Assembly: GCA_050115495.1 (NCBI GenBank)
Contig: JASFQK010000002.1
Span: 96,001-160,000, forward strand
Length of the DNA: 64,000 bases
Source: Phycisphaerae bacterium
GTDB taxonomy: Bacteria; Planctomycetota; Phycisphaerae; UBA1845; Fen-1342
Direction of reading: 5' to 3'
Shown piece by piece: positions 38,854 to 47,568 of the stretch. Both the position numbers and the translations under genes were made by a program. Position 1 is the stretch's first letter. Each line of letters opens with the position of its first letter. The notes beneath the pieces are model-generated. The model was given only the letters and a program-made list of their open reading frames with translations. It ran no database searches and was not told the origin of the DNA.

Positions 38854-40536
38854 TCATCCCATGCAGCCGGGCTCGAGCTTCTCGAAGAGGATCGCCGGCT
38901 CGGCCAGCGCGTGCCCGGCGGGCAGCGGGGCCGGCACTTCCCAGTGTATCTCGTCGGCGGGCTGCCCGAGCATGCCCAGCAGCCGACGGGCGGCCCCGGG
39001 CATGAACGGGTAGATCATCACGGCCAGGTGTTGCACCGCGTGGATGCAGGTGGCGATGGTGGCAGCGCAAGCCGGCAGATCTTCCTTCCGCGTTCGCCAG
39101 GGCTCTCGGAGACTGAAGTGTTCGTTGCCGAGGCGGGCGTAGCTCATCATCTCTTCGAGGGCGGCCCGGTAGCGGTGCCCCTCGATGTGCGCGCCGACGC
39201 GGGCCAGGGCCTCGCCGCCACGGGCGATATGGGCCCGGTCCTGGTCGGTCTGGGCGTCGGCGGACGGAACGCGGCCTTCGAAGTAGCGGACGGCGAAGGC
39301 CAGCGTGCGGTTGATGAAGTTGCCGAGGGCGGCGACGAGTTCGCTGTTGTTGCGCTGGACGAAATCAGCCGGGTCGAAGGCGGTGCGGGCCGTCTCCGGG
39401 GCGATGGCGGTCAGGTAGTAGCGCAGGGCGTCGGCGTCGAAACGCTTGAGGTACTCCTCGATCCAGACGGGGGAGTCCTCGGGTGTGCGGCTCTTGCTGA
39501 CCTTTTCGTCCTCGCCGCCGAGGCGGAAGTTGACGAAGTTGTTGGCAACGACCGCGTGCGGAAGCTGGTGCCGGCCGTCGGCCATGAGCATCGCCGGCCA
39601 GATCAGGGCGTGAAAGACCGTATTGTCCTCGCCGATGAAGTGCGTGATGTGCGTTTCGGGGTCGCACCACCACTTCTCGTATTCCTGCCAGTTGCCGGCG
39701 GTGTCCTCGCAGAGCTGGGCGGTGAACGAGATGTAGCCGATCGGGGCGTCGAACCAGACGAAGAGCACCTTGCCGGTAGCGTCGGGATCATCGAGCGGGA
39801 CGGGGATGCCCCACGAGATGTCGCGGGTCATGGAGCGCTCGGGCAGTCCCTGCTTGATCTGGCCGAGGGCGAAGTTCAGCACGTGTGGGCGCCACTGGCC
39901 CTGCTTCGATTCGAGCCACTCGCGCAGGGGTTGCTCGAACTTGTGCAGGCTGAGGTGCCAGTGGGTCGTTTCGCGGACGATGGCCGGCACGCCGGTGATC
40001 TGGCTGACCGGTTCGATGAGCAGCAGGGGGTCGATCATCTGCCCGCAGTTGTCGCACTGGTCGCCGGTGGCGCCGGGCGTGCGGCAGTGGTGGCAGGTGC
40101 CGCGGACATAGCGGTCGGGGAGGAAGCGCTCGGCCTGCGGGTCATAGAGCTGCTTGGTGCGGAGCTTGGTGAAGAAGCCCTGCTCGTGGATGCGGCTGAA
40201 GAATTCCTGACTGAACCGCTCGTGCATCTGCTGGTAGCCGGGCTGGTGCGTGCCGCCGTAGACGTCGAACTCGACGCGCAGGCCGGCGAAATCACGAAGC
40301 TGCCGGTCGTGAAATTCGGTGGAGATGTCCTGGGGCTGTCGCTTGGACTTCACGGCGGCGATCTCGATGGCCACGCCGTTGTCATCGCTGCCGCAGATGA
40401 AACGCACCTCGCGGCCACAGGCCCGCAGGTAGCGGACGAAAATGTCGGCCGGCAGGTACGCGCCGGCTATATGGCCGACATGCAGGCGGCCGTTTGAATA
40501 GGGCAATCCCGCCGTTACCAGATATCGACTGGGCAT
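38854..40536 (-). CDS. metG: Methionine--tRNA ligase (no C-terminal tRNA-binding appendix)
   Basis: PYSNGRLHVGH, Zn-knuckle CxxC pairs, VWFDAPIGY, KVSKS. Confidence 0.95.
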   Translation of the reverse strand: MPSRYLVTAGLPYSNGRLHVGHIAGAYLPADIFVRYLRACGREVRFICGSDDNGVAIEIAAVKSKRQPQDISTEFHDRQLRDFAGLRVEFDVYGGTHQPGYQQMHERFSQEFFSRIHEQGFFTKLRTKQLYDPQAERFLPDRYVRGTCHHCRTPGATGDQCDNCGQMIDPLLLIEPVSQITGVPAIVRETTHWHLSLHKFEQPLREWLESKQGQWRPHVLNFALGQIKQGLPERSMTRDISWGIPVPLDDPDATGKVLFVWFDAPIGYISFTAQLCEDTAGNWQEYEKWWCDPETHITHFIGEDNTVFHALIWPAMLMADGRHQLPHAVVANNFVNFRLGGEDEKVSKSRTPEDSPVWIEEYLKRFDADALRYYLTAIAPETARTAFDPADFVQRNNSELVAALGNFINRTLAFAVRYFEGRVPSADAQTDQDRAHIARGGEALARVGAHIEGHRYRAALEEMMSYARLGNEHFSLREPWRTRKEDLPACAATIATCIHAVQHLAVMIYPFMPGAARRLLGMLGQPADEIHWEVPAPLPAGHALAEPAILFEKLEPGCMG

Positions 40537-40572
40537 CGCTCGCCTCACTCCTGGGGAGAAACTGCTGCGCGG

Positions 40573-40601
40573 ATGGTACGCACCGTGGCGGCGGTCTGCA
40601 A
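40573..40601 (-). promoter_or_regulatory. sigma70-type promoter of metG
   Basis: TTGCAG-N17-TACCAT. Confidence 0.6.
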
Positions 40602-40640
40602 TGCGGTCGGACCGCGAGGCCGGTCGGTGTCGTGTGCACC

Positions 40641-40695
40641 AAGAAAAAGGAGCGCGTCAATCCACTACCCGGTGGGGTCGTGGGTTCACGCGCTC
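40641..40695 (-). terminator. Long-stem terminator of unit P1
   Basis: GAGCGCGT/ACGCGCTC outer stem plus inner stems, then CTTTTTCTT. Confidence 0.7.
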
Positions 40696-40752
40696 GGGGC
40701 AGCCGCCGGGAGGCGGCGCCCCCGCGAATTCCGGTTCGCCAGCAGGTGACTG

Positions 40753-40863
40753 CTAGGCGATGAGGTCGGTGCTACCCGACAGGTACCACCAGATGACGAC
40801 GGCGCCAACGGCGATCCAAACCCAGGACCACCATCCGCTGAAGATCGGCAATTCGTTAATCAT
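40753..40863 (-). CDS. Small Trp-rich membrane peptide P1 (36 aa) MINELPIFSGWWSWVWIAVGAVVIWWYLSGSTDLIA
   Basis: GGAGG SD 6 nt upstream; promoter TTGGCG-N17-TACCAT at 40978-41006; homologous to P2 and P3. Confidence 0.75.
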   Translation of the reverse strand: MINELPIFSGWWSWVWIAVGAVVIWWYLSGSTDLIA

Positions 40864-41036
40864 CACATTCCTCCATTGAATGCGAAGCCACTCGCCCGAG
40901 CCCGCCCACCGCAGGCGGGATCGGCGGCAGCAGGGCTCCGTGCCGCACGCGGCACCACGGTGCATCCTGCGCTAAACATGGTACGCGACGGGCGACAGCG
41001 CGCCAACGCCGCGGCGGCGGGCGGGGCCGGGTGAAG

Positions 41037-41088
41037 AAAAAAGGCACGCGCCGATTCGCCGTCAGGCGACGGCTGATCGACGCGTACC
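41037..41088 (-). terminator. Long-stem terminator of unit P2
   Basis: GGTACGCGTCGAT..GCCGTC/GACGGC..ATCGGCGCGTGCC then TTTTTT. Confidence 0.75.
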
Positions 41089-41129
41089 GTCGGCGCCGCC
41101 GAAGCGGCGCGATGCTCGTTCGGCTGGCT

Positions 41130-41216
41130 TTACAGGAGGTTCTGCCCGGTGAGCAGGAACCACACCACCACGATGCCGCCGACAACCACGAGCCACCACC
41201 ACCAGTTGCTGAACAT
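41130..41216 (-). CDS. Small Trp-rich membrane peptide P2 (28 aa) MFSNWWWWLVVVGGIVVVWFLLTGQNLL
   Basis: GGGAG SD 7 nt upstream; promoter TTGCAC-N17-TAATAT at 41375-41403; absent from the ORF track. Confidence 0.75.
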   Translation of the reverse strand: MFSNWWWWLVVVGGIVVVWFLLTGQNLL

Positions 41217-41454
41217 CGAAACACTCCCTGCAATCTTGTACCACTCGCCTCGGCCCCCGCCGCGCTGACGGGGTAACACCGAGCCGCGATTCACGATGAG
41301 ATAGAACACCGGACGTGCCGGCGGAGCCGCGAACGACCCACATTCGGGCAGGCCGGCCGCCGATTCGCCAGAAAATATTACCCAACCGGCAAAGAACGTG
41401 CAATGGGTGGAAGGCCGGCAAGGTTACCGCCCGGGGGCGTGCCCCGCGGGGGCC

Positions 41455-41502
41455 AAAAAGGACGCGTCGAGCAATTGCCCACTGGCAGTTGATCGACGCG
41501 TC
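41455..41502 (-). terminator. Long-stem terminator of unit P3
   Basis: GACGCGTCGA/TCGACGCGTC outer stem plus inner stem, then CTTTTT. Confidence 0.75.
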
Positions 41503-41550
41503 GGGTGTTCGCGCCGCAGGAGCGGCGCGACGCCAGGTCAGGATGCGGCA

Positions 41551-41631
41551 CTAGGCAGCGAGCAGCCAGTAGGCCACGAGGAAAATGCCGCCGAAAATCA
41601 ACCACATCCACCAGTTGCCGAAGAAATCCAT
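41551..41631 (-). CDS. Small Trp-rich membrane peptide P3 (26 aa) MDFFGNWWMWLIFGGIFLVAYWLLAA
   Basis: GGAGAG SD; promoter TTGACG-N17-TAGCGT at 41711-41739; absent from the ORF track. Confidence 0.75.
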   Translation of the reverse strand: MDFFGNWWMWLIFGGIFLVAYWLLAA

Positions 41632-41771
41632 GTTCTCTCTCCAAACATGTAACGAACCACTCGCTCCGGTCCCGCCGCGCCGACGGGTCTAACCTCGGCG
41701 ATTACTAAACACGCTAGTCACGCAGAGCCTCGCCGTCAACAGGTCGAGGCCACAAACTGCGCGCGCCTCCC

Positions 41772-41835
41772 AAAAAGAGAGCCCCGTCCGGCGATTAGCG
41801 CCTCCGGCCAATTCGCCGGAGTGTCGAGACGGGGC
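41772..41835 (-). terminator. Terminator-like structure of unit P4
   Basis: GCCCCGTC/GACGGGGC outer stem, inner CGGCGA/TCGCCG, then TCTCTTTTT. Confidence 0.6.
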
Positions 41836-41924
41836 ACCGTCAAGTGCCACCCGCGCGTTCCGCGGGGGGCTACCTGACGGACCTTGACTGGCGCGACACT
41901 TGTCGTCGCGCTTCGACGGTTGCT

Positions 41925-42005
41925 TTAGAAGAACGCGTTGTACGCCCACACGCCGGTGAACGCCGCGACCGCCGCAACCAAGAAATCAACGAACCAAGTC
42001 CACAT
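41925..42005 (-). CDS. Small hydrophobic peptide P4 (26 aa) MWTWFVDFLVAAVAAFTGVWAYNAFF
   Basis: AGGAGA SD; same leader hairpin as P2/P3; -35 TTGACG at 42104-42109 with a weaker -10. Confidence 0.7.
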   Translation of the reverse strand: MWTWFVDFLVAAVAAFTGVWAYNAFF

Positions 42006-42292
42006 CGTGTCTCTCCTGTGCAGATCTGATTCGTGTCCGTCCTGCCGCGCCGACAGGTCGACCCGGACACAGTTGCTATCATTTACGCTACTTACGAGAA
42101 TGTCGTCAAGGACTGCGCCCCCTTGTTTTTCGTATATTCTGGAGCTTGTTGGACCGCGGTTTGCTACGTCCCGCCGGCAGTCGCGACCCTTTTCTCCCTC
42201 GCGCATCGGCCCGCAGCCGGTCGCCAGGGCCGTTTTGCAGCGCCCGCCGTGCGGCGACCACGTAACCCGCTCCGCCCGCACCGGAGACCCAT

Positions 42293-43207
42293 ATGCCCGA
42301 AGAAAGACGGAAACTCGTCATCGGCGTCGGCGAACTGCTCTGGGACTGTTTTCCCGATTGGCGCCGCCCAGGCGGGGCTCCGGCGAACGTGGCCTTCCAC
42401 GCCAGCCAGCTCGGTCTGGCCGGGGCGATTTGTTCCGGCGTGGGTACGGACGCCGGCGGTGACGAACTCGTCCGCTACGTCGGCGAACGCGGTCTGGACA
42501 CGCGCTGGATCCAGCGCGACCCGCATCATCCCACTGGCACGGTCACCGTCGACACGACGCGGCCCGAGCACCCGACGTACGTGATCCACGAAAACGTGGC
42601 CTGGGACTTCCTGCAATTCGACGAGCCGTCGGCCGAGCTGTTTGCCGCCGCCGCCGTCGTCTGCTACGGCACGCTCGCCCAACGCTGCGCTGCGAGCCGG
42701 GAGACGATTCGGCGGGCGCTGACGGCGGCGGAGCAGGCGCTGCGCGTGTACGACGTGAACCTGCGCCCACCATGGTACACCGCGGAGATCGTCGCCGAGT
42801 CGCTGCGTCTCGCGCACGTCGTGAAGCTCAACGCGGATGAGGTGGGGGAACTAGGCAGACTGCTCTCATTGCCGGCGGATCCGCCGGAGGGATTTGCCGC
42901 TGCGCTAAGGGAGCGCTACGGCGTGCGGCTGGTGTGCGTTACGCGCGGGGGACGCGGGTGTCTGCTGCTGTCGGAGACGGAACGGGTGGACGTAGCGGGC
43001 AGGCCGGTGGAGGTTGTGGACGCGGTCGGTGCCGGGGACGCGTTCACCGCCGCCCTGAGCTACGGGCTCGTGCAGGGTTGGCCGGTAGCGCGGGCGGCGC
43101 ACCTGGCGAACGAGGTCGGCGCGCTCGTGGCGGGACAAGCCGGTGCGATGCCGGTGCTGGGCGAGGCGCTGGCGGATGCGTTGCGGCGGTGTGCTCCTGG
43201 TACGTAG
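42293..43207 (+). CDS. PfkB family carbohydrate kinase (fructokinase-like)
   Basis: GELLWD, PGGAPANVA, DVNLR, VKLNADE, VDAVGAGDAF. Confidence 0.92.
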   Translation: MPEERRKLVIGVGELLWDCFPDWRRPGGAPANVAFHASQLGLAGAICSGVGTDAGGDELVRYVGERGLDTRWIQRDPHHPTGTVTVDTTRPEHPTYVIHENVAWDFLQFDEPSAELFAAAAVVCYGTLAQRCAASRETIRRALTAAEQALRVYDVNLRPPWYTAEIVAESLRLAHVVKLNADEVGELGRLLSLPADPPEGFAAALRERYGVRLVCVTRGGRGCLLLSETERVDVAGRPVEVVDAVGAGDAFTAALSYGLVQGWPVARAAHLANEVGALVAGQAGAMPVLGEALADALRRCAPGT

Positions 43208-43222
43208 CGGAGCGCGGCGGCT

Positions 43223-44524
43223 TCAGTCGTTGCTGTCGGGCGGCGGCGACCCCGGTGTGGTGGTCGCGGGCGTGTGGCCGAACAGCTCGTCGAGGTGTCG
43301 GACGTCGACGTCGATGGTGTGGTCGCCCTGGAGGCAGAGGTAGGCGGCCACGTACGAAGCGGCACTCCAGGCCTGGTAGGCTTTGCCCATGGGGCGGCCG
43401 GTTTGGCCGTGAGCCCATTCGGTGAATTCCCAACGACGCTCGATTCCGTCGCGGCAGAGCCGGGCCAGGCGATGCAGGGCGTGTTCGGCTTCGGCTCGCT
43501 GGTCGAGGCGCAGCAGGAAGCGCACCCACAGTCCGCCGACGAACGGCCAGATGCCGCCGTTGTGGTAGTGGTGGGGGAGGTTCTGGAGATTGACGAGGAA
43601 GTAGGCCCGCCAGTCCGGGGCGCCGGGACTGACGGCCGGGTAGAGCACGCGCACCGGATAGGGCCGGTCGACGCCGACCTGTCGCAGGAAACGCCAGACG
43701 CGCAGCGCCCGTTCCTCGTCGATCACGCCGTACAGGAAGGCGATGAGGTTGGCGAACACGTCGCAGCGCCAACTGAAGCCGAAGGGCGTGATCTGGGCGA
43801 GCAGGTAGCGGGCCTTGCCCAGGCTGAACTGCGTTTCAGCGAAGGACTCGACGCTGTCGCGGACGGTGGCCGGTGTGGGCCAGAACTGCTTGTTGATCAG
43901 AGAGCGGATGCGCTGGGCCCGCTCGGCGTAGCGGGCGACCTCGCCGTCGCCGAGGCGACGCAGCTTGACGAAGTCGACGTTGGCCCGGTACCAGAGCACC
44001 TCGTCGTAGAGGACGTTGTACGAGCGGGGGAAGATGTCCATCCAGTCGGAGGCTTCGGGCACTTCGAGCAGGCCGCAGTTGTTCGAGTCGTGGGCCCGCA
44101 GCCATTTCACCGTGCGGTGAATCGCCCGGAAGTAGCGGTTGAGGAAAGCGGTGTCGCCGGTGGCCTGCACGTAGTTCCAGGCGGCGATGATGACCCACAT
44201 GGGGCCGTCGATGCCGGCGATGTTCCCCGTGCCGCCGTAGACCGGCCGGCGGGTTTCGACCTCGACGTAGTTGGGCAGGTGGCCGTCGGGCGACTGGGCG
44301 TCGAGCAGGGTTTTGAGCGAGCGGCGGCCGCAGGCGGTGAGCTCCGGATCGCGCAGCGGCAGCGACCACATCAGCGTGATGGCCGCGTCGCGGGCCCAGA
44401 CGGCGCGGTAGTTGCTGCCGGCCTCCTCGTCATGCTCCATCGAGCAGGCGGTGAAGCCGCGCTTGGACACGTTCATGCGCAGCACGTCCTGGGCCCGTGC
44501 AAACGCTTCGTCGATCAGGTTCAT
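43223..44524 (-). CDS. (alpha/alpha)6-barrel glycoside hydrolase (GH100 invertase-like / amylo-1,6-glucosidase-like)
   Basis: NYRAVWARD, DWMD, YHNGGIWPFVGG, QAWSAASY. Confidence 0.8.
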   Translation of the reverse strand: MNLIDEAFARAQDVLRMNVSKRGFTACSMEHDEEAGSNYRAVWARDAAITLMWSLPLRDPELTACGRRSLKTLLDAQSPDGHLPNYVEVETRRPVYGGTGNIAGIDGPMWVIIAAWNYVQATGDTAFLNRYFRAIHRTVKWLRAHDSNNCGLLEVPEASDWMDIFPRSYNVLYDEVLWYRANVDFVKLRRLGDGEVARYAERAQRIRSLINKQFWPTPATVRDSVESFAETQFSLGKARYLLAQITPFGFSWRCDVFANLIAFLYGVIDEERALRVWRFLRQVGVDRPYPVRVLYPAVSPGAPDWRAYFLVNLQNLPHHYHNGGIWPFVGGLWVRFLLRLDQRAEAEHALHRLARLCRDGIERRWEFTEWAHGQTGRPMGKAYQAWSAASYVAAYLCLQGDHTIDVDVRHLDELFGHTPATTTPGSPPPDSND

Positions 44525-44684
44525 GCCGCTCGCACTCCGCGGCTGGGGTGCCGAATAGGCCGGGCCGCCCCGGCGCGACCGGCATCATAACCGAAGACGC
44601 CCGCGCGGCGTGGACCGCGAGGGCGCCATGATGGATCGTGGGTGTATCCGCGTGCGCAGATTCTGCCGGCTGGTCGGGCGGGGG

Positions 44685-46022
44685 CTAGTCGGCGGCGGCG
44701 ACGAGCTCGCCGGCCAGGAGCTCGTCAGTCTCACGCGCTTCCCCGCGGTCTTTTCCCGACGTCCGCATCCGAAAGCCCTGCAGGATGCTGAGCATCTGCT
44801 GGGCGATACCCATCCAGGTAAACGCCGCCCGGGCCTTCTGCGAGCCGTACTTGGCCAATTGGCCGGCGATGGGCGGGTGTTGCAGAATCTGGTAGATGGC
44901 GTGGCCGAACGCCTCCGGATCGAACGGGTTGGCGTACAGCGCCTCGAGCCCCCAGCGGACCTGCTCCCATAGCCCACCTTCCGTCGTTACGACGGCCGGC
45001 GTGCCGCAGGCCATCGCTTCCACCGCTGTCATGCCGAACGGCTCGTAGCGGCTGGACAGGGCGAAGACGTCGGCCAGGCGATACCAGTCGGGCAGCTCCT
45101 CGTCCGGGATGTAGTCGTGGAAGTGCACGCGGTCCGCGATCTTCAGCTCGCGGGCGATCGTGCGCAGCTCTTCGATCTGCTCCTGCTCTCGTTCCGTCGG
45201 TTGCGTCGAGCCGATCGCCAGGATCAGCTTCGCATCCTCGATCCGCTGGAAGACGACCGGCATGGCCTGTATCAACAGGTCGTAGCCCTTGTTGTGAGCC
45301 ATGCGCCCCACGGCCAGCACGATGCGGCCCTCCTGGCCGTACTGCCGCTTGATGCCCTCACGCGATGCCCGCGAGATCGGGAAGAAACGCGAGTCGTCAT
45401 AGCCCGGCGGCACGACGTAGATTTTCTCCCGCGGCGTGTCGTAGGCGCCGTTCGTCAGGATGTCGCGCTGCACGGGCGTCGTCGCGACAACCGCGTCGCA
45501 CTCGTCGTAGATGACCTTCTCTTCGCGGATCCGGCGGCGGAAGTTGTACTTGCGCTCGAGGTCCGCTGGCTCGCCGTCCATGTTGTCCCGTTTCCACGAG
45601 CCGATCGAGTGCGGGACGTGGACGTGCGGGATGGACAGGCGGTTGGAGAGGGCCTGGCCGGCCAGACCGGCATCCCAATAATGGCTCACGATGAACGAAT
45701 AGCGCAGCCGCTTCGAGTAGATGTGCTGACGGACGTTCTCCACCCACTCGGGGATGTGGTCGCACAGCGTTTCCTTCGGGATGAACTCCTTGCCGCCGCA
45801 GGGGAAGCGCAGCACACGCATGCGCTCGCCGACCTCCTCGACCGCCGGCTGATCCTCGAAGCGGCGGGTGAGCACGTCGACGTGGTAGCCCATGCGGGCC
45901 AGGCACTTGCTCAGCTCGAGGACGTAGACGACCTGGCCACCGGTATCGGGCTTGCCCAGTTCCGGCTCGGCCGCGACGTACCCGTGGGTGGAGATCATCA
46001 TGATCCGTTGTTTGGTGGACAT
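44685..46022 (-). CDS. GT4 mannosylfructose-phosphate synthase-like / sucrose-phosphate synthase family
   Basis: ISTHGY..DTGGQVVYVLEL, SHYWDAG, SSRYEPFGMTAVEAMACG; closely resembles MfpsA as I recall it. Confidence 0.85.
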   Translation of the reverse strand: MSTKQRIMMISTHGYVAAEPELGKPDTGGQVVYVLELSKCLARMGYHVDVLTRRFEDQPAVEEVGERMRVLRFPCGGKEFIPKETLCDHIPEWVENVRQHIYSKRLRYSFIVSHYWDAGLAGQALSNRLSIPHVHVPHSIGSWKRDNMDGEPADLERKYNFRRRIREEKVIYDECDAVVATTPVQRDILTNGAYDTPREKIYVVPPGYDDSRFFPISRASREGIKRQYGQEGRIVLAVGRMAHNKGYDLLIQAMPVVFQRIEDAKLILAIGSTQPTEREQEQIEELRTIARELKIADRVHFHDYIPDEELPDWYRLADVFALSSRYEPFGMTAVEAMACGTPAVVTTEGGLWEQVRWGLEALYANPFDPEAFGHAIYQILQHPPIAGQLAKYGSQKARAAFTWMGIAQQMLSILQGFRMRTSGKDRGEARETDELLAGELVAAAD

Positions 46023-46035
46023 GGTCCGACTCCTC

Positions 46036-46602
46036 TTAGCCCCCGACCTCCGCCCGCGGGGCGGGTTGCTCCCCGGAGGGGCAGGGGGATTGTGGCTCGA
46101 TGGCCGGCGTCTCCGGCGACGTGGCGTGGTCAGCGCCCATCATCCTGGCCACGCGCTGGAGCGTGGCCAGGATCATGGTCTGCTCCCAGTCTTCGAGCCG
46201 ACTCAGCTCGCGTCGAAAGCGTTCGTGCAAAGGCGACGGCACGGCGTGCAGCGCCTGGATGCCTTCCGGTGTGACCCGGATGAGAATGCTTCGCCGATCG
46301 CGCGGGTCGCGGTTGCGGCTGATGAGGCCGCGGCGTTCGAGGCGGTCGAGAATGCCCGTCACGGTGGGCTGGCTCAGACGCACGGCGCGGGCTAGGTCGC
46401 CCGCGGAAGCGCTGTCCAGCCGGAGGGCCGCCCGAAGCGTGGCGGCCTGGGGAGAGGTGAGTCCGTGCTCCTCGACGAGCCAGCGAGACTGCCGGTCAAC
46501 CGCCCGGACGATGCTGCGCACCGCGGCGGCGATGTCTTCCTCGATCGGTCGGGCGAGGAGCGGGGTCAGTGACGGATCCAAAGTATAACTCCGCGCTAAC
46601 AA
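46036..46602 (-). CDS. MarR family transcriptional regulator (EctR/CosR-like)
   Basis: GLTSPQ, LSQPTVTGILDRLERRGLISR..DRR, ILATLQRVARMM; start uncertain (TTG 46602 or 46581). Confidence 0.85.
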   Translation of the reverse strand: MLARSYTLDPSLTPLLARPIEEDIAAAVRSIVRAVDRQSRWLVEEHGLTSPQAATLRAALRLDSASAGDLARAVRLSQPTVTGILDRLERRGLISRNRDPRDRRSILIRVTPEGIQALHAVPSPLHERFRRELSRLEDWEQTMILATLQRVARMMGADHATSPETPAIEPQSPCPSGEQPAPRAEVGG

Positions 46603-46820
46603 TTAGCATCCAAAATATCGGCGACTAAATACGGACGGCTTGAGATGAATCCGGCCGCGCCTCTTCTCACGAATTGTAGTCGAGTTGGTAGATTCCGCAA
46701 GCTGGGACCTATAAGAAGAGTTGCTGGATACGCGAAATGTCGTTTGTAAGCGAAGAATAATTAGCGTTGTGTGAAGCTTCGGAACCGATTTCGTTTTCTG
46801 CACTCGCGGTTCTGGCGCGC

Positions 46821-46856
46821 AAAAAGAGGAGGAGCCGGGTTGCGGCCCGGCTCCTC
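46821..46856 (-). terminator. Intrinsic terminator after the PEP-CTERM gene
   Basis: GAGGAGCCGGG/CCCGGCTCCTC stem followed by a T run. Confidence 0.75.
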
Positions 46857-46890
46857 ATGAGGACTCAGCTGATGCGCTGGGAAAGGACGG

Positions 46891-47421
46891 CTAGCGGCGT
46901 CGACGCAAGAGCAGGAGCCCTGAGGCACTGAGCGCCACGAGCGCGGACGGTTCCGGCACGACGGTCAGGCTCGCCGGCGTGAAGCTGACGTTCGTTTCCA
47001 GGCTGCCCGCTTCGAGCAGGAACCCTTCGTCTTCCTGCGGGCCACTGCTCAGGGTCAGCGTGGTCGTGCCCTCGACGAGCCCTTCGAACGTGACGGTGGC
47101 GAGCCGCACATCGCCCGTGATGCCGGCAGGGAAGCGCATACCGGACAGACCGTCACCGTCGAGCGTGGCGGTCGGGTTCCAGTCGTCGCCGATGACGGTG
47201 TCGGTCCAGGCGGCGAACGCCGGTTCGTCGAGCACTAGGTCCATGCCCCAGGCGACCACCGGTTCGTCGAAGTGCGCCATGAGACCGACGCTCACCGATC
47301 CGCCCACGTCGACCGTCGAACTGGCTGGATCGAGCCACACAATAATGTCGGCCGAAGCCGGAGATACGCACGCCAGCACGGCCAGCGTCGCGATGCAGAT
47401 CAGACCTTTCTGGATTGTCAT
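46891..47421 (-). CDS. Cohesin-like domain protein with PEP-CTERM sorting signal
   Basis: Signal peptide; PASSTVDVGGSVSV...LATVTFEGLVEGTTTLTL; VPEP-TM-RRRR. Confidence 0.85.
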   Translation of the reverse strand: MTIQKGLICIATLAVLACVSPASADIIVWLDPASSTVDVGGSVSVGLMAHFDEPVVAWGMDLVLDEPAFAAWTDTVIGDDWNPTATLDGDGLSGMRFPAGITGDVRLATVTFEGLVEGTTTLTLSSGPQEDEGFLLEAGSLETNVSFTPASLTVVPEPSALVALSASGLLLLRRRR

Positions 47422-47568
47422 GACTTTCTACCTCCTCGCAGATTTCCGCGTCCTGGTCAGCCGTTGCCGGCCGGTGGATTCGGAATCTCCTCGTTTTCCA
47501 TGCGAACGTTCGACAATCGGCGACGCGCCCGGCGGATGACGAAGCTCCCGCCGGGCCGCGCCGACCAT

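Larger units (their letters stand above)
40641..42109 (-). repeat. Four diverged tandem ~400-bp expression units, each encoding a small hydrophobic peptide
   Basis: Stop codons at 40753, 41130, 41551 and 41925; shared promoter, leader hairpin, SD and terminator architecture. Confidence 0.8.

Noticed and set aside
40641..40863. P1 as a Trp attenuator leader or T-box controlling metG
   Set aside because: metG has its own promoter downstream of the terminator, Trp sensing does not fit MetRS, no T-box motif was seen, and the unit is repeated four times
40753..42005. Peptides as RiPP precursors
   Set aside because: No leader/core organisation and no modifying enzymes or exporters nearby
40641..42109. 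Array as a CRISPR or integron cassette array
   Set aside because: No identical direct repeats, no cas or intI gene in the window, I did not see attC core sites bounding the hairpins, and each unit has its own promoter
40753..42281. Longer ORF-track versions (70 aa at 40753-40965 and 118 aa at 41925-42281)
   Set aside because: The extensions run through leader hairpins or promoters; the SDs mark the internal ATGs at 40863 and 42005
46603..46803. 66-aa ORF in the AT-rich gap
   Set aside because: Atypical composition; more likely the MarR promoter region
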